Source of the DNA: Macrostomum lignano | Taxonomy: Eukaryota | NCBI GenBank assembly: GCA_002269645.1 | Contig: NIVC01001620.1 | Location: 195,461-259,460, forward strand | DNA length: 64,000 bases | Reading direction: 5' to 3' | Shown: positions 40,593-54,023 of the stretch, in pieces | How positions within the stretch are numbered: the first letter of the stretch is position 1 | How the letters are laid out: each line of letters starts with the position of its first letter | The notes under the pieces: model-generated | Database searches by the model: none | Told to the model about the DNA's origin: nothing | The model's input: only the letters and a program-made list of their open reading frames with translations | Made by a program: the position numbers and the translations under genes

Positions 40593-40973
40593 GGCAATGT
40601 CCTAGTTTCTCGCGTTAAATTATTTTGACCCAAAATTTGAAACTAAACCAAACAAACAAACAAGAGCAATTCTTCAAAAGCAAGTGTCAGCCTTCCTGAA
40701 AGTGGCTGCAGTTCTGTGAGTGAGTTGGCTATTAAATGATAAGATGCCAGCCAATGCATACAGCATAGTTGATTCAGCATCAATTGTTAACAGCACCAGA
40801 TCGCGGTGACTGATCTCAAGGTCACAGAGGTTGCCCGATGGCCACAAATTGGCAGGAGGTACAATAGGCCTATTTACAAGCACTTGAGGTCATCCAGCCA
40901 TGATTTAGGTCCTATGCTGGAAATACAAAAATTGGGTCAAAATAATTTAACGTGGGAAACTAGGACATTGCCC
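40593..40973. mobile_element. Non-autonomous DNA transposon (MITE-like, about 380 bp)
   Basis: About 45-bp terminal inverted repeats GGCAATGTCCTAGTTTC..CGTTAAATTATTTTGACCCA at both ends; inserted in a (TA)n context; no ORF. Confidence 0.8.
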
Positions 40974-42771
40974 ATATATACTATAGTTAGGAAGGTGACA
41001 CTGTCACACATAATTTTTAGATGACTATTGAGATAAAGTAGTAGTAGTATGCTTTAGAAAGCATATAGACTATATTCTACAAAATAAATGAAATTTCTAT
41101 GGGACTATGCACCTAGGCACCAAAAAAGCTAATAGGTCTACATTGCAGATTGGCTCAAAAAGAAGACAAATGCATATAGAAGCAAAAAAGGTAATAAACT
41201 AGGTTGCTCATTTTAGCTTTTAATAGGCCTATTAAAAATCTAAATTCTTAAAATTGACTCACATTATGCCATTTTATGGCATTATTTTACCCAAGTTTAA
41301 AGTATTATTAATTACTAAGGTATTACAATTTAAAGAAAAGCTACAAGATAGATATGCTTCCCTCCTAAACTTTTAATTAAATGATAAGAGAAATAAAAAT
41401 CAGATAGAATATAAATTAAAATTTGAATTAAAATAGGCTGATAAGCAAGTAAAATAACATAAAAAAATTATTATTTTTTTCTTTAAAATTTTGTTATACT
41501 ATTTTAATTTTAACAAATACAAATACATAAGTTTATTATTATTGAAATGCTTAATGACTTATAAAAATAAAGCTGATATAAATATGTCTACTTTTATAAC
41601 CATCATTTTCCTAATTAATTGCCATATTAATATATATATATTTCTTGTTTAATCTTCTAATTTCTATTTATTTATCATGTTATATTAGGGTTATACAAAA
41701 ATATTTGATAAAATAAATTGTTTTTCATTTGTTTTTTATTTATATTTTTTATAATGTTACTAAAATCATTATGTAAATATTTGCAATTATTTCAATAGAA
41801 TTTTTTTTGGTTGCTAGGTTAATAGCTCAATAAAGATCAGTTTCTATTTTTATATTTAAATTATAATTTAAATAAAAATATTCTATTCTATTCTATTTCT
41901 GTTCTATTCTATTTCTTAAATATTAATATTCTAAATACTTTTTTTATAATGTTTTTATTAAAAAATCTTATTTTATACTATCTTTAGTTTTTTAATTTTA
42001 ATAGGGGCTTATATACCAAAAGGAGAGGTTTGAGTTTGCAATATTATCAACAAGTTTCTTAGGCCTAGTATTCAATCTATCAGTAATTCTTAATTTCTAA
42101 GCTAGCTAGGATCTTATGTAATAGCTATTATACATATTCTAGATTTCTTTGAATGGTTAAAGTATAGTGTCACTTTTGTATCAACTAGGTTGCCAAATTA
42201 TAAAAATCATTGAATGAAAGCTGGCATCAACCAAAAAGTTCAAAATAAAATAAAATATTAGCATCTTTATTCCATTCCTTTACATTGCTAAGCCTTTGGC
42301 ACATAGAATGTACTGAAAGCTTCAAAGTCAATTTTTAACAAATTATTTAATTTTTATAATTGAAAAAGCTCATTCAGTCAAAAGAACCACTATAATTATA
42401 AAATTAGTGATTTATTCTACATAAAATAATTTTAGAACTTTAAATTTAATTAAATTAAATAATTAAAATATCCCAATTATATATTATGTAATAATATTGC
42501 TACATACTATGACAAAGAAATAAAACCTAGCATATATTCAATCATCTTTCAACTGCCAGTATATAACTATTGTCATTTTATGATACTTTGCTAATCTTTA
42601 GTAGGGTACTCATGATTTTCAGTCTATTGTATAGATCATTTTACATTTTTACATACATTTCAGCACTCTTCCCTGGCATCAGTGTGGAGAGGATTGCTAA
42701 GTGTGGACCTGGGACCCTGAGCTAAACAGATCCTAAGAGTGCAGTTTGGCACCCAGCCAACCCTTAGACCC

Positions 42772-44806
42772 ATGGACTGGCTTGTTCGCGAAGTGAGCGT
42801 CAGTTTCACTGGCAACCGCTATCCCGTTCACATTGGCTGGCTCATTGTTCAAGTGCTATGCGCCTCCTTATTCTGGCTATTCATGTACGCCGCCCTGTGC
42901 CTCTCCATGCCTAGATTCCGCTGCGAGTGGCACTGCCGCATTGTCACTGCAGTCCACGCCCTGATTGTGTCCGCTCTGGCCTTTCTGGACGTCTTCATTA
43001 TTGGCAGAATCCCGTTCTATCATAAGAATCAAGGTGAGGGATGTCAGGATCTAGGCCAGGGCCTGTTAGACATACTCGTTCGAATATCTGTTTCACTTGT
43101 TACTCCTTATTATGCAATCTTACTAAGGTGTTTAGTGAAAATTTTCAGATGTATTAGTAAAAGGTAAAAGCTTCAATAATAATAATAACAATAATTGATT
43201 ACAGATGCTCAGCCGCAGCTATTGCGCTGCGCATCTGAAGGCTGTGTACGGCTGTTCAGTCCAAGGACGGGGAGGGGGTCGCCACACACCCTCAATTACC
43301 CCAGCTAATGCTTGCACCCCATTTTACAGCTGGGTGAACTGAAGCAAAGCAGAGTTAAGTGTCTTGCTCAAGGACACAAATTGTTCCGAGTGGGGCAAGA
43401 ATCGAACCCTCGACCTTTCAGACATAAGTCTGACGCTCCAACCACTAGGCTGCAACCCCTCAAAAAGCTTTTAAATACATTTTAGGATTCTCTAAGTTTA
43501 GATAGTGAGCAGTATTTAGTTATGAATCTATTTAAAATCATTAATTTGCTGAATCATTCCACCATTAATCTTGTAGTCCTGCCTTACACGGAACTGGAAA
43601 GGCTAATATTCACGGCCAGCCTCGGCTATTTTATATTCGACATCTCCTGGTGCCTGTACTATCAAACTGAGGGCCCCTTCATGCTGTTCCATCACGCTAT
43701 GAGCATTCTGGGCCTGGCCGGCACCCTGCTGATGGGCAAATGCGGCGCTGAGATGGCCGCCACTGTTGGTGGGACGGAGGTCACCAATCCAGTGCTGCAG
43801 TTGCGATGGTTCCTGCGGGAACAGGTGGGTTTTGCTTGCTCAGCTTTTATTGCTGCTTGGCATTTTTGTGTGTCTGTATGGGGATTCCATTGTGTCTGTA
43901 TGGAGTTTTGTTTGATTATTCCATTGTGTCTGTATAGAGTTTTGTTTGGGGATTCCATTGTGTCTGAATGGGGATTCCATTGTGTCTGTATGGGGATTCC
44001 ATTGTGTCTGTATGGGGTTTTGTTTGGGGATTCCATTGTGTCTGTATGGGGTTTTGTTTGGGGATTCCATTGTGATTTGTGTCTGTATGGGGTTTTGTTT
44101 GGGGATTCCATTGTGTCTGTATGGGGTTTTGTTTGGGGATTCCATTGTGTCTGTAGGAGGCTCGGTTTGGGGATTCCATTGTGGCTCGGTTTGGGAATCC
44201 ATAGTTTCTATTTTTAGCTTTCTGTTTGTGACCGTGGTTTGAGACTCCACTGTTACTATATTTACTTTGGGGATCCACTATTTCTAGTATTAATTGGGTA
44301 TGTGCGAGCATTAAAAGTACATTGAGTGTACTCTAGAATCGAGCTCACAATTTGCTATAACTCGCTGGCAGGGCTTCACCGGCACCAGGCTGATGATGGG
44401 AGTTGAGGTGCTGTTCATGGTCAGCTTCGGAGTGATGCGCCTGCTGTTGGGCGGCGCTCTCATAATCTCATATTTTACCAATCCGCACACCGAACTGCTT
44501 GGCCGGCTGGCTGCTGTAGTGATCTACGGCATCGGCGTGATTTTCTACGCCCAGCTGTGCAGCTACTGCATGCACAGATTCCGCAGGCGCGCCCCAATTG
44601 TCGTCGCTTCAAATGGCACCGCCCATCATCATTTGGCGCAGTCGGTCTCGGATAGCTCGCTGGTGGCTGCCAGCCCAGCTGGCGGAGCCGGCGACAGTCC
44701 CATAGTGTCGCCAGCTGGAGTGGCAACTGTTCTGTCCTTCTCGGCTTCGTCTGGCGATTTAAATCGAGCATTGGACACTGCCGGCTCGAGTAGGAAGCAG
44801 CATTAG
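42772..44806 (+). CDS. TLCD5: TLC-domain membrane protein TLCD5/TMEM136, about 314 aa, 3 exons
   Basis: Exons 42772-43033, 43577-43824, 44372-44806; GT-AG, 945 nt. Motifs EWHCRIVTAVHA, SLGYFIFDISWCLYYQTEGPFMLFHHAMS and GTEVTNPVLQLRWFLRE match TMEM136/TLCD5. Confidence 0.9.
43174..43460 (-). mobile_element. tRNA-derived CORE-type (MIR-like) SINE in TLCD5 intron 1
   Basis: Minus strand has A-box CAGCCTAGTGGT (43452-43441), B-box GGTTCGATTC (43408-43399), the CORE-like segment GTGTCCTTGAGCAAGACACTTAAC...CACCCAGCTGTAAAATGGGG and a (TAT)n tail. Candidate TSD AAAAGCTT at 43166-43173 and 43463-43470. Confidence 0.8.
43865..44200. repeat. About 20-34 bp minisatellite (GGGGATTCCATTGTGTCTGTATGGGGTTTTGTTT) in TLCD5 intron 2
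   Basis: Tandem periodicity. Confidence 0.92.
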
Positions 44807-44993
44807 AGTGCGTAGTGCTGCCGAGTTTTGCTTCTAGTGAATGAATAGCGCACTGATTTCTGCTCAATAGTGTCCGCGCTTGTTCATGTTGCTTTTAACA
44901 ATCTTCTTAATATTTCAACACTTACACCTGAGATCAGGAGAGAGAATTTTCTGCTACTTTAAGTAGTATATAGTAAGATTTTAGCTGGTCAGA

Positions 44994-46155
44994 TGAATAG
45001 ATAGCAGCTCACTGAATAGATAGCAGCTCACTGAATAGATAGCAGCTCACTGAATAGATAGCAGCAGCTCACTGAATGGATAGCAGCTCACTGAATGGAT
45101 AGCAGCTCACTGAATAGATAGCAGCTCACTGAATAGATAGCAGCTCACTGAATAGATAGCAGCAGCTCACTGAATAGATAGCAGCTCACTGAATAGATAG
45201 CAGCTCACTGAATAGATAGCAGCTCACTGAATAGATAGCAGCTCACTGAATAGATAGCAGCTCACTGAATAGATAGCAGCAGCTCACTGAATAGCTAGCA
45301 GCTCACTGAATAGATAGCAGCAGCTCACTGAATGGATAGCAGCTCACTGAATGGATAGCAGCTCACTGAATGGATAGCAGCTCACTGAATGGATAGCAGC
45401 AGCTCACTGAATGGATAGCAGCTCACTAAATGGATAGCAGCAGCTCACTGAATAGATAGCAGCTCACTGAATGGATAGCAGCTCACTGAATGGATAGCAG
45501 CAGCTCACTGAATGGATAGCAGCTCACTGAATGGATAGCAGCAGCTCACTGAATGGATAGCAGCTCACTGAATGGATAGCAGCTCACTGAATGGATAGCA
45601 GCTCACTGAATGGATAGCAGCTCACTGAATGGATAGCAGCTCACTGAATGGATAGCAGCTCACTGAATGGATAGCAGCAGCTCACTGAATAGCTAGCAGC
45701 TCACTGAATAGATAGCAGCAGCTCACTGAATAGATAGCAGCTCACTGAATGGATAGCAGGTCACTGAATAGATAGCAGCTCACTGAATAGATAGCAGCAG
45801 CTCACTGAATGGATAGCAGCAGCTCACTGAATAGATAGCAGCTCACTGAATGGATAGCAGCTCACTGAATGGATAGCAGCAGCTCACTGAATGGATAGCA
45901 GCTCACTGAATGGATAGCAGCAGCTCACTGAATGGATAGCAGCTCACTGAATGGATAGCAGCAGCTCACTGAATGGATAGCAGCTCACTGAATGGATAGC
46001 AGCAGCTCACTGAATGGATAGCAGCTCACTGAATGGATAGCAGCAGCTCACTGAATGGATAGCAGCTCACTGAATGGATAGCAGCAGCTCATTGAATAGA
46101 TAGCAGCTCACTGAATAGATAGCAGCTACCTGAATGGATAGCAGGTCACTGAACC
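44994..46155. repeat. 19/22-bp minisatellite (GAATRGATAGCAGCTCACT)
   Basis: Tandem periodicity with an optional extra GCA. Confidence 0.96.
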
Positions 46156-47068
46156 ACTTGGTAGTCTAATCTAAGTACCTTGAAACCTGTACTACAACTT
46201 GATGGCTGGCATCACACATTTAATTTAGCGGTTATTTTTATTACCTTTTGAGCATATGACTTGCTTGCTACTCGTTAGTAGTTTTGACGCATATTTGTAG
46301 CCCGATATTTTTAGCCCTGACGACCAATCTTCTTACAGCTTGCCTGCGCCCAGCAATTGTTGGACGGTATTTTGTTGTCTCAAACTTATGTTTGAACTCA
46401 ATACTTTAGTTAGTAATTTTTACTAATTAATTTTTAGCGTTACTGCACAATTGCTTTGCTGTCTTGAACTCAATGAATACGAGCGGGTACATAGTGATAT
46501 GGTTATCAGTACATCTATTTTTCTAGGTTTGAGCTGAAATCCGTCCCGTTTTAAAGTTTTAGAATGATAGTAAGAATGCAAAAATTATCATTTTCTCTTA
46601 TTGCTACTGATTTCATTTGAGCCAGTAGTATGATTTGCTTTTCTTAAAATGATTTTAATTCGTTTTTTTCACCTTGATATTTATGTCGGTTTTCTTTATT
46701 TTCTCATGTGCTCTGCTGTGTTGACTAAATGCCTTTAAAGCGATATTTTTCTGACTGTTTGCTCTGTTTTGCACTGAACTTACACCAGGAGCCTTAATAC
46801 AGATATCGATTTTTAATTTGCACCTTTTCAGCTTTATCTTTTTGTCATGTAAAAAAAGTTTTTTCACGTCTACGTGGCCAGGCCCAGTGTCGGTTTATTT
46901 GTCTCAATTGTTGCTTTGTAGTTCGCGTAAATGTACATTCGGTTCTTCTCCTGACTGGCTTGTTGATTTTTCTGCTGCAGCTGACTTTTGCATTGACTTT
47001 TTCATTTGTTAGACCGGCCTTAAGGAGCTGTCCCTGATGCCTGACCCCTGACTCTTGTTGGCCCTGAA

Positions 47069-50000
47069 CTGTCCCAATCCGTGTACCACATCCCTCCAGA
47101 CTGTCCCAATTTGTGTCCCATCCCTCCAGACTGTCCCAATTTGTGTCCCACATCCCTCCAGACTGTCTCAACCCGTGTCCCATCCCTCCAGACTGTCCCA
47201 ATTTGTGTCCCACATCCCTCCAGACTGTCCCAATTTGTGTCCCACATCCCTCCAGACTGTCCCAATCCGTGTACCACATCCCTCCAGACTGTCCCAATTC
47301 GTGTCCCACATCCCTCCAGACTGTCCCAATTCGTGTCCCACATCCCTCCAGACTGTCCCAATTTGTGTCCCACATCCCTCCAGACTGTCCCAATTTGTGT
47401 CCCATCCCTCCAGACTGTCCCAATTTGTGTCCCACATCCCTCCAGACTGTCCCAATTTGTGTCCTACATCCCTCCAGACTGTCCCAATTTGTGTCCCACA
47501 TCCCTCCAGACTGTCCCAATCCGTGTCCCACATCCCTCCAGACTGTCCCAATTTGTGTCCCACATCCCTCCAGACTGTCCCAATTTGTGTCCCACATCCC
47601 TCCAGACTGTCCCAATTTGTGTCCCACATCCCTCCAGACTGTCCCAATCCGTGTCCCACATCCCTCCAGACTGTCCCAATTTGTGTCCCACATCCCTCCA
47701 GACTGTCCCAACCCGTGTCCCACATCCCTCCAGACTGTCCCAATTTGTGTCCCATCCCTCCAGACTGTCCCAATTTGTGTCCCACATCCCTCCAGACTGT
47801 CCCAATTTGTGTCCTACATCCCTCCAGACTGTCCCAATTTGTGTCCCACATCCCTCCAGACTGTCCCAATTCGTGTCCCACATCCCTCCAGACTGTCCCA
47901 ATTCGTGTCCCACATCCCTCCAGACTGTCCCAATTTGTGTCCCACATCCCTCCAGACTGTCCCAATTCGTGTCCCACATCCCTCCAGACTGTCCCAATTC
48001 GTGTCCCACATCCCTCCAGACTGTCCCAATTCGTGTCCCACATCCCTCCAGACTGTCCCAATTTGTGTCCCACATCCCTCCAGACTGTCCCAATTTGTGT
48101 CCCACATCCCTCCAGACTGTCCCAATTTGTGTCCCACATCCCTCCAGACTGTCCCAATTTGTGTCCTACATCCCTCCAGACTGTCCCAATTTGTGTCCCA
48201 CATCCCTCCAGACTGTCCCAATCCGTGTCCCACATCCCTCCAGACTGTCCCAATTCGTGTCCCACATCCCTCCAGACTGTCCCAATTCGTGTCCCACATC
48301 CCTCCAGACTGTCCCAATCCGTGTCCCACATCCCTCCAGACTGTCCCAATCCGTGTCCCACATCCCTCCAGACTGTCCCAATCCGTGTCCCACATCCCTC
48401 CAGACTGTCCCAATTTGTGTCCCACATCCCTCCAGACTGTCCCAATTTGTGTCCCACATCCCTCCAGACTGTCCCAATTTGTGTCCCACATCCCTCCAGA
48501 CTGTCCCAATTTGTGTCCCACATCCCTCCAGACTGTCCCAATTTGTGTCCTACATCCCTCCAGACTGTCCCAATTTGTGTCCCACATCCCTCCAGACTGT
48601 CCCAATTTGTGTCCCACATCCCTCCAGACTGTCCCAATTTGTGTCCCACATCCCTCCAGACTGTCCCAATTCGTGTCCCACATCCCTCCAGACTGTCCCA
48701 ATTTGTGTCCCACATCCCTCCAGACTGTCCCAATTTGTGTCCCACATCCCTCCAGACTGTCCCAATTTGTGTCCCACATCCCTCCAGACTGTCCCAATTT
48801 GTGTCCTACATCCCTCCAGACTGTCCCAATTTGTGTCCCACATCCCTCCAGACTGTCCCAATTTGTGTCCCACATCCCTCCAGACTGTCCCAATTTGTGT
48901 CCCACATCCCTCCAGACTGTCCCAATTTGTGTCCCACATCCCTCCAGACTGTCCCAATTTGTGTCCCACATCCCTCCAGACTGTCCCAATTTGTGTCCCA
49001 CATCCCTCCAGACTGTCCCAATTTGTGTCCCACATCCCTCCAGACTGTCCCAATTCGTGTCCCACATCCCTCCAGACTGTCCCAATTTGTGTCCCACATC
49101 CCTCCAGACTGTCCCAATTTGTGTCCCACATCCCTCCAGACTGTCCCAATTTGTGTCCCACATCCCTCCAGACTGTCCCAATTTGTGTCCCACATCCCTC
49201 CAGACTGTCCCAATTTGTGTCCCACATCCCTCCAGACTGTCCCAATTCGTGTCCCACATCCCTCCAGACTGTCCCAATTTGTGTCCCACATCCCTCCAGA
49301 CTGTCCCAATCCGTGTCCCACATCCCTCCAGACTGTCCCAATTTGTGTCCCACATCCCTCCAGACTGTCCCAATCCGTGTCCCACATCCCTCCAGACTGT
49401 CCCAATTTGTGTCCCACATCCCTCCAGACTGTCCCAATTTGTGTCCCACATCCCTCCAGACTGTCCCAATTCGTGTCCCACATCTCTCCAGACTGTCTCA
49501 ACCCGTGTCCCACATCCCTCCAGACTGTCCCAATCCGTATTCCACATCCCTCCAGACTGTCCCAACCCGTGTCGTCCCACATCTCTCCAGACTGTCCCAA
49601 TTCGTGTCCCACATCCCTCCAGACTGTCCCAACCCGTGTCCCACATCCCTCCAGACTGTCCCAATTCGTGTCCCACATCCCTCCAGACTGTCCCAATTCG
49701 TGTCCCACATCCCTCCAGACTGTCCCAACCCGTGTCGTCCAACATCTCTCCAGACTGTTCCAACCCGTGTCCCACATCTCTCCAGACTGTCCCAACCCGT
49801 TTCCCACATCTCTCCAGACTGTTCCAACCCGTGTCCCACATCTCTCCAGACTGTTCCAACCCGTGTCCCACATCTCTCCAGACTGTTCCAACCAGTGTCC
49901 CACATCTCTCCAGACTGTTCCAACCAGTGTCCCACATCTCTCCAGCTTGTTCCAACCCGTGTCCCACATCTCTCCAGACTGTTCCAACCCGTGTCCCACA

Positions 50001-52248
50001 TCTCTCCAGACTGTCCCAACCCGTTTCCCACATCCCTCCAGACTGTCCCAACCCGTTTCCCACATCTCTCCAGACTGTTCCAACCCTTGTCCCACATCCC
50101 TCCAGACTGTCCCAACCCGTGTCCCACATCTCTCCAGACTGTCCCAACCCGTTTCCCACATCTCTCCAGACTGTTCCAACCCGTGTCCCACATCTCTCCA
50201 GACTGTTCCAACCCGTGTCCCACATCTCTCCAGACTGTCCCAATTCGTGTCCCACATCTCTCCAGACTGTTCCAATTTGTGTCCCACATCCCTCCAGACT
50301 GTCCCAATTCGTGTCCCACATCCCTCCAGACTGTCCCAATTTGTGTCCCACATCCCTCCAGACTGTCCCAATTTGTGTCCTACATCCCTCCAGACTGTCC
50401 CAATTTGTGTCCCACATCCCTCCAGACTGTCCCAATTTGTGTCCCACATCCCTCCAGACTGTCCCAATTTGTGTCCCACATCCCTCCAGACTGTCCCAAT
50501 TTGTGTCCCACATCCCTCCAGACTGTCCCAATTTGTGTCCCACATCCCTCCAGACTGTCCCAATTTGTGTCCCACATCCCTCCAGACTGTCCCAATTTGT
50601 GTCCCACATCCCTCCAGACTGTCCCAATTCGTGTCCCACATCCCTCCAGACTGTCCCAATTTGTGTCCCACATCCCTCCAGACTGTCCCAATTTGTGTCC
50701 CACATCCCTCCAGACTGTCCCAATTTGTGTCCCACATCCCTCCAGACTGTCCCAATTTGTGTCCCACATCCCTCCAGACTGTCCCAATTTGTGTCCCACA
50801 TCCCTCCAGACTGTCCCAATTCGTGTCCCACATCCCTCCAGACTGTCCCAATTTGTGTCCCACATCCCTCCAGACTGTCCCAATCCGTGTCCCACATCCC
50901 TCCAGACTGTCCCAATTTGTGTCCCACATCCCTCCAGACTGTCCCAATCCGTGTCCCACATCCCTCCAGACTGTCCCAATTTGTGTCCCACATCCCTCCA
51001 GACTGTCCCAATTTGTGTCCCACATCCCTCCAGACTGTCCCAATTCGTGTCCCACATCTCTCCAGACTGTCTCAACCCGTGTCCCACATCCCTCCAGACT
51101 GTCCCAATCCGTATTCCACATCCCTCCAGACTGTCCCAACCCGTGTCGTCCCACATCTCTCCAGACTGTCCCAATTCGTGTCCCACATCCCTCCAGACTG
51201 TCCCAACCCGTGTCCCACATCCCTCCAGACTGTCCCAATTCGTGTCCCACATCCCTCCAGACTGTCCCAATTCGTGTCCCACATCCCTCCAGACTGTCCC
51301 AACCCGTGTCGTCCAACATCTCTCCAGACTGTTCCAACCCGTGTCCCACATCTCTCCAGACTGTCCCAACCCGTTTCCCACATCTCTCCAGACTGTTCCA
51401 ACCCGTGTCCCACATCTCTCCAGACTGTTCCAACCCGTGTCCCACATCTCTCCAGACTGTTCCAACCAGTGTCCCACATCTCTCCAGACTGTTCCAACCA
51501 GTGTCCCACAACTCTCCAGCTTGTTCCAACCCGTGTCCCACATCTCTCCAGACTGTTCCAACCCGTGTCCCACATCTCTCCAGACTGTCCCAACCCGTTT
51601 CCCACATCCCTCCAGACTGTCCCAACCCGTTTCCCACATCTCTCCAGACTGTTCCAACCCTTGTCCCACATCCCTCCAGACTGTTCCAACCCGTGTCCCA
51701 CATCTCTCCAGACTGTCCCAACCCGTTTCCCACATCTCTCCAGACTGTTCCAACCCGTGTCCCACATCTCTCCAGACTGTTCCAACCCGTGTCCCACATC
51801 TCTCCAGACTGTCCCAATTCGTGTCCCACATCTCTCCAGACTGTTCCAACCCGTGTCCCACATCTCTCCAGACTGTCCCAATTCGTGTCCCACATCTCTC
51901 CAGACTGTTCCAACCCGTGTCCCACATCTCTCCAGACTGTCCCAATTCGTGTCCCACATCTCTCCAGACTGTTCCAACCCGTGTCCCACATCTCTCCAGA
52001 CTGTCCCAATTCGTGTCCCACATCTCTCCAGACTGTTCCAACCCGTGTCCCACATCTCTCCAGACTGTCCCAATTCGTGTCCCACATCTCTCCAGACTGT
52101 TCCAACCCGTGTCCCACATCTCTCCAGACTGTTCCAACCCGTGTCCCACATCTCTCCAGACTGTCCCAACCCGTGTCCCACATCCCTCCAGACTGTTCAA
52201 CCCGTGTCCCACATCTCTCCAGACTGTCCCAACCCGTGTCCCACATCC
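47069..52248. repeat. 32-bp satellite (CCACATCCCTCCAGACTGTCCCAATTTGTGTC), about 160 copies, with a 1574-bp higher-order duplication
   Basis: Tandem periodicity; the unit has no stop codon in any of the six frames, which explains the 1700-aa pseudo-ORFs. Confidence 0.98.
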
Positions 52249-52834
52249 CTTATTATTTTGCACTGTTTTGTCAGTAGGCCAGTGTGTTCTGTTCTGCCGG
52301 CTTAAGTTGTCATTATTTCAAGTTTCACGTTTGTTCAATACTGTAGAATTTTCTAAACAAATTTCTATATGAAAACCGTGCCTGAATAAACAAAACTATT
52401 TCGAGTTTCCTGTCTTCGTTCCACACGGCGTTGTCTTTCCTAATTTCTTGGCTTTTTATCTGACAACTCGGTCTCGAAATATCTAGACCTAGACTGAGCA
52501 GTAAGCAGAATGTCTCCATGTCCTAACTTAGTGTCATACTTTAGCCATTGCGGTCTAATCTACATTACTTTTTAGTGTGAATGCACATGAGAATGACAAA
52601 AATCGATATTGATACACCCGCCGCAGGTGTTGCCACCGTGTACTTTCGGTGGCTAGCATTTTGTTTGACTTTATTCGGTTTTGATAAGTCTAATCTAAAT
52701 TTAATCTCTTAGGTGTAAAGCAAAGCAAAATTGTACGTGTGATCGTACTTGGTCTCTGTGCATTGAACTTCGAATGATCCACCTTACTCACACAGCTAAC
52801 CCTACCGAACACATTCCTGACTTACTACTGTTCG

Positions 52835-53790
52835 GAACTTCTCCCTGACACAGTTCATTCGATTTCTATCTGAGTCGCTTGACCTCCCTGACACAGTTCA
52901 TCCGATTCCTGTCTGAGTCCTTCTCCCTGACACAGTTCATCCGATTCCTGTCTGAGTCCTTCTCCCTGACACAGTTCATCCGATTCCTGTCTGAGTCCTT
53001 CTCCCTGACACAGTTCATCCGATTCTGTCTGAGTCGCTTGACCTTCTCCCTGACACAGTTCATCCGATTCTGTCTGAGTCCTTCTCCCTGACACAGTTCA
53101 TCCGATTCTGTCTGAGTCGCTTGACCTCCCTGACACAGTTCATCCGATTCCTGTCTGAGTCCTTCTCCCTGACACAGTTCATCCGATTCTGTCTGAGTCG
53201 CTTGACCTCCCTGACACAGTTCATCCGATTCCTGTCTGAGTCCTTCTCCCTGACACAGTTCATTCGATTTCTATCTGAGTCGCTTGACCTCCCTGACACA
53301 GTTCATCCGATTCCTGTCTGAGTCCTTCTCCCTGACACAGTTCATCCGATTCTGTCTGAGTCGCTTGACCTTCTCCCTGACACAGTTCATCCGATTCTGT
53401 CTGAGTCGCTTGACCTTCTCCCTGACAGTTCATCCGATTCCTGTCTGAGTCACTTGACCTTCTCCCTGGCACAGTTGGTCCGATTCCTGACTTACTACTG
53501 TTGGGAACTTCTCCCTGACACAGTTCATTCGATTTCTATCTGAGTCGCTTGACCTCCCTGACACAGTTCATCCGATTCCTGTCTGAGTCCTTCTCCCTGA
53601 CACAGTTCATCCCATTCTGTCGGAGTCGCTTGACCTTCTCCATGACACAGTTGGTCCGATTCCTGTCTGAGTCACTTGACCTTCCTGACACAGTTCATTC
53701 GATTTCTATCTGAGTCGCTTGACCTCCCTGACACAGTTCATCCGATTCCTGTCTGAGTCCTTCTCCCTGACACAGTTGGTCCGATTCCTG
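52835..53790. repeat. About 39-47 bp minisatellite (CTCCCTGACACAGTTCATCCGATTCCTGTCTGAGTCCTT)
   Basis: Tandem periodicity with variant tails. Confidence 0.94.
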
Positions 53791-54023
53791 ACACACAGAT
53801 GTGCTTTGCTGACTCACCTATTCCACTCTCTGGCACATGAATTGTACACCAGACTCATCTACATAACTTAAATGTATTTAAGCTCAATTGTCTCATTTGC
53901 TATAATCTGAAGCTTCATCCACCAAAATCTGTCAATTGCCTCACCGCTTCATGCATGCTTCCAGCCGCAGTTCGCGCCGCTCTGCAGCACTGAACTCCCG
54001 CCCAGCGCGCAGCACCCGTGTCA

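Noticed and set aside
40980-42700. Mitochondrial insertion (NUMT) or transposase remnant in the AT-rich block
   Set aside because: I could not recognise any mitochondrial gene, rRNA motif or open transposase frame.
43399-43460. tRNA gene
   Set aside because: A/B boxes are present but there is no complete cloverleaf, and the sequence continues into a CORE domain and tail, so it is a SINE head.
47055-52372. 1700-aa ORFs on both strands
   Set aside because: Pure translations of a 32-bp satellite that lacks stops in all frames; the same peptide rotates through all frames; no domain and no splice context.
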